Below, piece after piece: positions 56,041 to 64,000 of a stretch of DNA of 64,000 nucleotides. The notes under the pieces were generated by a model. The model was given only the letters and a program-made list of their open reading frames with translations, was not told the DNA's origin and made no database searches. Made by a program: the position numbers and the translations under genes. Numbering within the stretch: position 1 is the first letter of the stretch; every line of letters starts with the position of its first letter. The DNA lies in contig OX597816.1 of assembly GCA_951406725.2 (NCBI GenBank), positions 103,726,001 to 103,790,000 on the forward strand, in the 5' to 3' direction. Source of the DNA: Octopus vulgaris. Lineage: Eukaryota.

Positions 56041-56475
56041 TAGCTGTTGTTTACATTTGATTTTGATGATAAAAAAATATGACTTTGCTATGAAATAAGC
56101 ATGTTACAAAACCAGCATTTCATATTGTAAACAGGCAAGGCCCAGACTCTTTGCAGTTGAGGAAATTATTGATGATATTTATTCTTCAGATGAAGAGTTT
56201 ACACTTCACAGGCAATGAAGGTGATTTGGACAATCAAACTAGTGTAAGTGATGAGGAAAGTAGCAATTCATGTGAACAAATACGGTAGTTGAAAGATAGG
56301 CTTATTATTGTTATTTTCCTGAACTTTTCTGTGGTTTTGTCTGTTAGTCTGCCTGCTATCATTACTCTTGAGCTGTGTATGCAACTGTTTATTTTCTAGC
56401 TCAGAAACCCAAGTGGTGGGTAAAGTCAATCATAGGGGCCCAGGTCTGAGAGGGTTAATGTAATAGGAAGATATA

Positions 56476-56661
56476 TTTCTTTATTGCCCACAAGGGGCTA
56501 AACATAGAGGGGACAAACAAGGACAGACGAATGGATTAAGTCAATTACATCGACTCCAGTGCATAACTGGTACTTAATTTATCGACCCTGAAAGGATGAA
56601 AGGCAAAGTCCACTTTGGCTGAATTTGAACTTGCAACGTAACGCCAGAAATACGGCTACGC
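56476..56661 (-). mobile_element. SINE family C, 5'-truncated
   Basis: Matches 42684-42872. Confidence 0.85.
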
Positions 56662-57775
56662 AAGCAAGAAGGATAGTGTGAAAAAGTGAGAAACCAAAGA
56701 GTTGAAGTGAAGAAAAAAAGGGATAAATTAGTTAGTTATTAGGAAAGGTAGCCAGGTACAATATCTTAAATAATTACATATAATACATAGCTATGACAGA
56801 TCAAAGTAGTAAGGTTGGTGAGAACAATACCTTAAAGAACCATATTTACAAATAAAGTGGCAGATTAAAGTGCAGTGCTTAAAGACAGGAAGGAAAGAGA
56901 ATAAAAACAATGCATCAAATAGCTTCATGTATAGAGAGAGAGTTGCCATAACAGATTTAAAGTATTGTGGGTCAGACTCAAAGCAACTGAAAGTGCAGTG
57001 GGAATATATATACAAGCACAATTATACTAACACACACACACGCATACATACATTTATACAAGAATTGATAATTATACAGTTTCATATACACACTTATGTA
57101 CATTTTCTCACACTTTTCACTTCAAAACCTGAAAATTAAAAAAAAAAGAAAAAAACTGGCTTGTCAGTACATGTTGACATAGTCATATTAATTGAAGTAA
57201 AAAAAATAATCAGCTAGAACTTACTGTTTAGTTTGCAGTCTGGGTGTTAGGAACAAAGTATTTTGTTTGTCAAATTAGAAAAATTCTACAGCATTAACAA
57301 CATAAAAGTCTCTGAACTAAAACAAATTATTGGTTAAGTTCCTTTATTATTGTGTAATTATTATTTGTGTTTTTCTAAATTGTCAAAGAAAGTACTTTGT
57401 TTCTAACAAGCATGCTTTGAACTAGAATGTAAGTTCAAAGAAGGAAGCTTTTTAAATATGAAAGAAAATTCTCTTAATAGCAAAAATATTTACAAGAAAA
57501 ATATCTGCCTTGAACATTTATGACAAGTTCAGTACTATACGTATATTTATACACACACACAAACACACATTGTTTATTTTTACGATGAGGTATAATAAAA
57601 TCAATTTTACATTAAACTGAAGGATTACTCGGTGCTTTTTGTAGAGTGCATATTTATTATTCTTTAACAAGAATAGTACTGATTGTGACAGTCTTGCCTT
57701 GCTAAGCCATCATCAGACTGCAGGCTTCATAGTGACTGTCAATACTATTCTTTATGTTTGTCTGTCTGTCTCTCC

Positions 57776-57826
<51 letters not shown>

Positions 57827-57830
<4 letters not shown>

Positions 57831-58925
57831 ATATCAAAAGAAGGCTAACTGGGAAGATAGTTTTTGTATGTGGCAAATGCTTAGGTGCTATAAACAATGA
57901 AAATGTGCAGAGAACAGCTTCTGTTACATTCCAGGGAGAAAAACTAGAAGTAGTTGATAGATTCCGTTACCTAGGAGACCAAGTCAGTAGCAAGGGTGGA
58001 TGCTCTGAAAGTGGTAGCTGCTAGAATAAGAATAGCCTGGGCAAAGTCCAGAGAGCTCCTACCTCTGCTGTGCCAGAGTAAAAGGTAGACTGTATGACGC
58101 ATGTGTATGAACAGCCATGCTACATGGCAGTGAAACATGAGCCGTGACTGCTGAGGATATGTGTAAGCTTGTAAAGAATGAAGCTAGTATACTCCGCTGG
58201 ATGTGTAATGTCAGTGTGCATACATGACAGAGATCAAGCACCCTGACAGAAAAGTTGGATTTAAGGAACATCAGATGTGGCGTGCAAGAGAAACAACTGT
58301 GCTGGTATGGTCATGTGTTGCGAATGAATGAGGACAGCTGTGTGAAAATGTGTCACATCCTAGCAGTTGGGGGAACCTGTGGAAGAGGTAGACCTAGGAA
58401 GAGATGGTGAAGCACGACCTTCGAACATTGGGCCTTACCGAGGCAATGACTAGTGACTGAGACCTTTGGAGATATGCTGTGCTTGAGAAAACCTGACAAG
58501 CCAAGTGAGACCATAACCTCATGGCCTATGCCAGTGGGTGTAACCAGCCCAATTATGAGTACCCCTCATTCATTGGACAGTAACTTTGCTTGTTAAGACC
58601 TGTTGAGGCAAGTGAAATCTAAATCAAAATCGCTGATGTGGCCGATGACAGTGTTGCCTGATTGGCACTTGTGCCAGTAGAATGTTAAAACACCATCTGA
58701 GTGTGATCGTTGTCAGGGCTGCTGGTTGGCTCTCATGCCGGTGGCATGTAAAAGCACCATTCAAGCGTAATCATTGCTAGCATCTCCTTATTGGTACATG
58801 TGCTGGTGGCATAGGAAAAAAACAACATTTGAGCGTGGTCGTTGCCAGTGCCGCTGGTCTGGGTGCTGTGCAGGCAGCACATAAAAAACACCTTTTAAAC
58901 ATGGTTGTTGCCAGAACTGCCTGAC
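57827..58925 (+). mobile_element. 5'-truncated RTE copy (C-terminal ORF fragment and 3' UTR with tandem repeats), starting next to (TA)n
   Basis: NIKRRLTGKIVFVCGKC...EKLEVVDRFRYLGDQVSS is collinear with the 1019-aa ORF. Confidence 0.92.
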
Positions 58926-59305
58926 TGGTGGGTAGGTGGGTGGGTGAATGGATGGATGGATAGATGGGTCAATCGATCGATCATTTTGGATTTGTAATTC
59001 AGTACATGTGCAGCTGCTTCTGGATTATTATTGGAAGAAATAACCGTGATTCTATATGTTTGGGGTTGTGTATGTCTTTTGTGGATACATTGCAAAACAT
59101 GTTTTCTGAAGCAAATTCATAAAGTCTCCTTTCGTTATTTACTTTTGCTTGTGTGTCTCGTAGTAATATAGTTCCCACATCCCTACTGTTAGATTGACAC
59201 AACTTACAGAAAGATACCTGTTTAAATCAATTGACTTCTTCACCATACAATGGGGTCACTATTTATCACAATCATATTTATATCACTGTCATATTTTTTG
59301 TGTGT

Positions 59306-62300
59306 ATCATCATCATCATCATCATCATTTTGAGTCTGCTTTCCATGCTAGCATGGGTTGGACAGTTCAACTGGGGTCTGTGAAGCCAGGAGGCTGCATC
59401 AGGTCCAGTCTGATCTGGCAGTGTTTCTACGGCTGGATGCCCTTCCTAACGCCAACCACTCCATGAGTGTAGTGGGTGCTTTTTACGATCGGATGGTTCG
59501 CTTACTTGTCACCGGCACTGGTATCACAGCTGCAATTTCCATTGATGTTGATCGACTTCGATTTTGGTTCTGCTTTCTGATATCTGATTTGATTTGGTTT
59601 GATTTTGATTTTGATTTTCACTTGCCTCAACGGGTCTTCACAAGTGGAGTTCTGTGTCCCAAGAAGGAAAGGTATGTATAAGTCGACTGGCTACATACCA
59701 GGTAGAGGCCACGGGTTATGGACTCACTAGTCTTGCCGGGTCTTCTCACGCACAGCATACTTCCATAGGTCTCAGTCTCTAGTCATTTCCTTGGTGAGAC
59801 CTAAAGTTTGGAGGTCGTGCTTCACCACCTCGTCCCAGATTTTCCTGGGTCTACCTCTTCCACAGGTTCCCTCAACTGCTAGGGTGTGGCACTTTTGCAC
59901 ACAGCTATCTTCAGCCATTCTTGTCACATGACCATACCAGTGCAAACGTCTCTCTTGCACACCACAACTGATGCTTCTTAGGTCCAACTTTTCTCTCAAG
60001 GTACTTACACTCTGTCGATTATGAACACTGACATTACACATCCATCGGAGCATACTGGCTTCATTTCTTGCGAGCTTACACATATCCTCAGCAGTCACAG
60101 CCCATGTTTCACTACCATGTAGCATGGCTGTACGTACATATGCATCATACAGTCTGCCTTTTACTCTGAGCAAGAGGCCTTTTGTCACCAGCAGGGGTAA
60201 GAGCTCTCTAAACTTTGCCCAGGCTATTCTTACTCTAGCAGTTACACTTTCAGCACACCCACCCCCGCTACTGACTTGGTCACCTAGGTAGCGGAAGCTG
60301 TCAACTACTTCTAGTTTTTCTCCCTGGAACGTTGTAGAAGTTGGTCTCTGCACATTTTCAGTGTTTATTGCTCCTGAGCATCTGCCACAGACAAAAACTA
60401 TTTTCCTAGTTAGCCTTCTTTTGACTTTGCTACACCTCTTATGTGTCCATAGCTTACACTTGGTGCACCTTATAGAGTTTCTACCTACACTTTTTTTACA
60501 GATCGAGCAGGGCCCTCTACCTGAAGGCGTTTGTGATTGGTCTACCTTCCTACTTATTAGGACTTTGGTTTTGGCTAGGTTGATTCTAAGGCCCTTCGAT
60601 TCTAAACCTTGCTTCCACACCTGAAACTTCTCATACAGTTTTGATAGTGACTCAGCAATTAGAGCAAGGTCATCAGCATAGAGGAGCTCCCAGGGGCATC
60701 CTGTCTTGAATTCCTCCGTTATTGCCTGGAGGACTATGATAAATAGGAGGGAACTGAGGACTGAACCTTGGTGGACCCCAACCTCTACCCGGAATTCTTC
60801 ACTGTACTCGTTGCCAACCCTCACCTTACTAGCAGCGTCTCTGTACATGGCTCGCTCAGCTCTCACTAACCATTCATCTATCCCTAGTTTCCTCATTGAC
60901 CACCAGATAAGGGATCGGGGGACCCTGTCGAAGGCTTTCTCCATGTCAACAAAAGCCAGGTACAGGGGCTTGTCTTTGGCTAGGTATTTCTCCTGCAGCT
61001 GTCTTACCAGGAATATAGCATCAGTAGTACTTTTCCCTGGCACGAACCCAAACTGCATCTCATCTAAGCTAACTCTCTCTCTAATTAGTTGGGCTATAAC
61101 CCTCTCCATAACCTTCATTACCTGATCCAGCAGCTTGATACCCCTGTAGTTATTTGTATCTAGGGCGTCACCTTTACCTTTGTAGCAGTTGACTATTATG
61201 CTGCTACACCAGTCATTGGGTATGACACCTTCGTGTATCACCTGGTTAACTATACGGGTGACTAGGCTATAGCCAACACTACCAGATATTTTCAGCATCT
61301 CTGCAGTAATTCCCGATGGGCCTGGGACTTTCCCTGTTTTCATGCTTGTAATTGCCTTAACTACTAAGGAACTGTCAACTCGGATTGCTGGTCCCTCTGT
61401 TGGGTCAACATTCGGCAGACTCTCTTTATCCCATTCATTTTCCTCATTCAGCAACCTTTCATAGTGGCGTCTCCAAACCTCTCTCTTTGCATCCTCATTT
61501 AGCGTAAGTGAACTGTCATCCTTGCGAACACATTTCTCTCCTACCACGTCACGATTCTCTCTCACACACTGTCTTGCAACACGAAATACCTCAAGTCTTT
61601 CATCCTCACGGCGCAGAACATTGGCAAATTTTTTCTTATCTGCTTCCCCTCTGGCTAAATACACCTGCCTCCTAGCTTCCCTTCTGGCAGTCTGATACAC
61701 TTCCCTGCTACCACCGTTCTTCCAGTCCTTCCAAGCCTGTTTCTTTTGTCTAATAGCTTTGTCAACAATATTGTTCCACCACCACGTTATTTTGGGTCTT
61801 GAGGGGACTTTGCACCAGCCACAGATCTGGTCAGTGGCTTTCAGCAGGTTATCCCTTAGAAGCGTCCAGTTGTCTTCTACCCCATGTGTAGCTATACCCC
61901 CTTCTATTTCGTCAAAGGCTTCAAGTAACATGTCTCTAAATCTCTGTCCATTCGCAAGGTCTTTAAGCTTCCAGACCCTTCTTCTCCATGTTGGTCGTCT
62001 TCTAGTCGTCCTCTTAGTCCTGATCCTAAAGTCACTAACTACCAGTCTATGTTGTGGGGTACATTCTTCGCCTGGGAAGGTTTTGGCATTTATAAGCAGC
62101 CATCTTTCCCTTTTTCTGGCAAGGATGTAGTCGATTTGGCTAGTATGCCGGTCCGATCGGTAGGTGACCAAGTGGCTTGTCAGTTTCCTGAAGTTAGTGT
62201 TGCAAACCATAAGACTATTCACATCGCAGAACTCCAGCAGCCTGGTTCCCTCCTCGTTGCGGCAACCATAACCGTAGCCTTCATGTACGCCATGGAAGCC

Positions 62301-63410
62301 CCCAGCATATCGTCCAACATGCCCATTGAAGTCACCAGCCATGAATTGAAGGTCCCTGTCGTTCGTCAATGAGGTGGTCTGCAGTAGGGTGTCATAGAAA
62401 CGGTCTTTCTGTCCATCGAGTAGCCCTGGCTGAGGGGCATAGGCCGATATAATAGTTGCTAAACTATGATGGAGCACTAATCTAATCTTAAGTATTCTGT
62501 CACATACTCTGACTACCTGAATTACCTTATCTACCCATTTTTCGGCGATAAGTATACCCACACCCCTGACCCCATCAGTATTCCCAGCCCAGAAAATCTT
62601 GTACCTCTGCCCTTTGCCTGTGAGGAACCTAGCAGAACCTCCTCTCCACCTCATTTCTTGAATACAGCATATATCGACACACCTCCGTTCAAGCAATTCA
62701 ACGATCTCTCCAGATCTGCCTTTCAGTGTGCCAATGTTGAGGGTGCCAACCCTGAGGGTGTGGGAGGTATTGGCCCTAGTAGCGTCATGAACCTGAAAAG
62801 AAAACTCGTGTTTGGCAGGATCCATAGACAAACAATAAAACTCAAGTCCAAACCACGTACACTACACTAACATATCTTGCAATGAATGACCACTACCTTT
62901 TATGGAAGGAGGTGGGGGTGGTGTAAGACTTTGAAGTGTACATGGGAGACAACAGGATGAGAAAGTTTAGGACTTCCTGTACCGGTGGAGGGGGTGGGAG
63001 GGCGAGTGCACCGCGAAAACTAGCAGCCATGTACGCCATTCCTTTCTTGGAAAGGAATACTTACTTATTTGTAGGTATAAAATACCTAAATTTGAGAGAG
63101 AGATATTTTGCAGATTACGTGAGCTAAATTTATCTTAGTGATAAGGAGCTATAAAATTATAAATATATTTATTCTATATTTAACGAGACGTGAGGCTGAT
63201 CGATAAAATTAGGGGGCGAACTATAGGATTATATATATATTTAACACAAGACATGAGACATCAATGTATAGAGATGAACTATAGAATTATATATATATAT
63301 AACACGAGGCGTGAGGCTGAAATAGACAAAGTCATAATATAATAGAGATAAACAGGGGTAACTAAAGATCAATCAATTGCACAGAAATATTTCTGGTAGG
63401 TACGGGCTGA
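59306..63410 (-). mobile_element. Near-full-length RTE-clade LINE (5' UTR, single ORF, 3' UTR, (ATG)n tail); 5' boundary uncertain
   Basis: (CAT)n at 59306-59328, the GGATGCCCTTCCTAACGCCAACC 3' motif and an uninterrupted ORF at 59772-62831. Confidence 0.9.
59772..62831 (-). CDS. RTE ORF: APE endonuclease and reverse transcriptase with an inserted C4HC3 PHD-like finger
   Basis: APE motifs TLNI, CIQE, AYAPQ, GDFN, SQIDY and (PQ)H. RT motifs QFGF, DMEKAFD, GVHQGSVLS, YADD and FRYLG. C-terminal RGRPRK.W. Confidence 0.97.
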   Translation of the reverse strand: MSMDPAKHEFSFQVHDATRANTSHTLRVGTLNIGTLKGRSGEIVELLERRCVDICCIQEMRWRGGSARFLTGKGQRYKIFWAGNTDGVRGVGILIAEKWVDKVIQVVRVCDRILKIRLVLHHSLATIISAYAPQPGLLDGQKDRFYDTLLQTTSLTNDRDLQFMAGDFNGHVGRYAGGFHGVHEGYGYGCRNEEGTRLLEFCDVNSLMVCNTNFRKLTSHLVTYRSDRHTSQIDYILARKRERWLLINAKTFPGEECTPQHRLVVSDFRIRTKRTTRRRPTWRRRVWKLKDLANGQRFRDMLLEAFDEIEGGIATHGVEDNWTLLRDNLLKATDQICGWCKVPSRPKITWWWNNIVDKAIRQKKQAWKDWKNGGSREVYQTARREARRQVYLARGEADKKKFANVLRREDERLEVFRVARQCVRENRDVVGEKCVRKDDSSLTLNEDAKREVWRRHYERLLNEENEWDKESLPNVDPTEGPAIRVDSSLVVKAITSMKTGKVPGPSGITAEMLKISGSVGYSLVTRIVNQVIHEGVIPNDWCSSIIVNCYKGKGDALDTNNYRGIKLLDQVMKVMERVIAQLIRERVSLDEMQFGFVPGKSTTDAIFLVRQLQEKYLAKDKPLYLAFVDMEKAFDRVPRSLIWWSMRKLGIDEWLVRAERAMYRDAASKVRVGNEYSEEFRVEVGVHQGSVLSSLLFIIVLQAITEEFKTGCPWELLYADDLALIAESLSKLYEKFQVWKQGLESKGLRINLAKTKVLISRKVDQSQTPSGRGPCSICKKSVGRNSIRCTKCKLWTHKRCSKVKRRLTRKIVFVCGRCSGAINTENVQRPTSTTFQGEKLEVVDSFRYLGDQVSSGGGCAESVTARVRIAWAKFRELLPLLVTKGLLLRVKGRLYDAYVRTAMLHGSETWAVTAEDMCKLARNEASMLRWMCNVSVHNRQSVSTLREKLDLRSISCGVQERRLHWYGHVTRMAEDSCVQKCHTLAVEGTCGRGRPRKIWDEVVKHDLQTLGLTKEMTRD

Positions 63411-63439
63411 TGTGTTAATTGCTAGGAGTTTTATGGTGA

Positions 63440-63945
63440 CATTTTGAGCTTCAGTGGATCAGTCACATTATTGTAGCCTAAAGTATATAATCCCAGTGTA
63501 ATGCAAAGGTTGTCATCAAGGATATAAACAGCAACTTCATCTAGAATGCTGCAGAGATTGGAAGATAGTGGACAGAGCATACCTGAGATTTATATAAGGG
63601 AAAGACAAACACTGATAGGAAAATCATTGACCTCATAGAGCAGAAGCTAACTTAAAAAGAACATAGTGATGCCAACAGTGAGGAAATTCATACAAGCCTT
63701 TCACTAATTCAGAGAAAGCTTAGCAGCAGGCCCTAGCAACCTCTTAACCAGACAGATGAAAAGTGGCAGACAGAGTTACCAGTGATTTAAAATCTCTTAT
63801 CAATATGATGGAAGATAATGTATCTCAGGATTTCAAGAATGTGACTATACTGCACAAAAGGGAAGCACACATGACAGTAAAAGCTATCAATGAATGGTAT
63901 TCTTACAGGTAGTTCATAAGATTCTCACCAGAATTGCATTCTCTT
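63440..63945 (+). mobile_element. Possible old RTE-like RT N-terminal remnant
   Basis: QDFKN.TIL.K......Y.....L....KILTRI-like remnant near 63825-63935. Confidence 0.35.
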
Positions 63946-64000
63946 CACCAGAGTTTCAAACATGTTTTTAACTATCAATTCCTTTCTTTTATTAACAATT

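Noticed and set aside
56120-56460. piggyBac transposase N-terminus (acidic EEIIDDIYSSDEE) with an AGGGTTAA end
   Set aside because: No matching second terminus or catalytic motifs could be identified.
59290-63420. Target-site duplication for the long RTE (TGTGT at both ends)
   Set aside because: Too short and low-complexity to trust, so the 5' boundary is left uncertain.

Overview
AT-rich, microsatellite-dense eukaryotic DNA whose repeat content points to a coleoid cephalopod, probably Octopus (inferred, not proven). The only host-gene sequence I can support is one 97-nt coding exon (768-864, +) encoding the start of the DEP domain of an R7-family RGS protein (RGS6/RGS7/EGL-10-like). I found no next exon, so the other ~63 kb looks like one large intron filled with transposable elements. 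These include a near-intact RTE-clade LINE (1019-aa ORF with a C4HC3 PHD-like finger inside the RT) plus decayed copies, several Penelope-like elements, R4/Dong-like fragments, three tRNA-derived SINE families, mariner/hAT/piggyBac/Helitron remnants and two U6 retrocopies. Three patterns stand out. (1) Short fold-back (palindromic) inserts from several unrelated families recur, most in (TA)n tracts and most carrying a minimal hammerhead-ribozyme-like motif, some with non-canonical cores. (2) One Penelope pseudo-LTR family embeds a tRNA-derived Pol III-type head upstream of its hammerhead. (3) Both U6 copies are fused directly 5' of the same SINE family. All alignments were done by eye, so boundaries are approximate.
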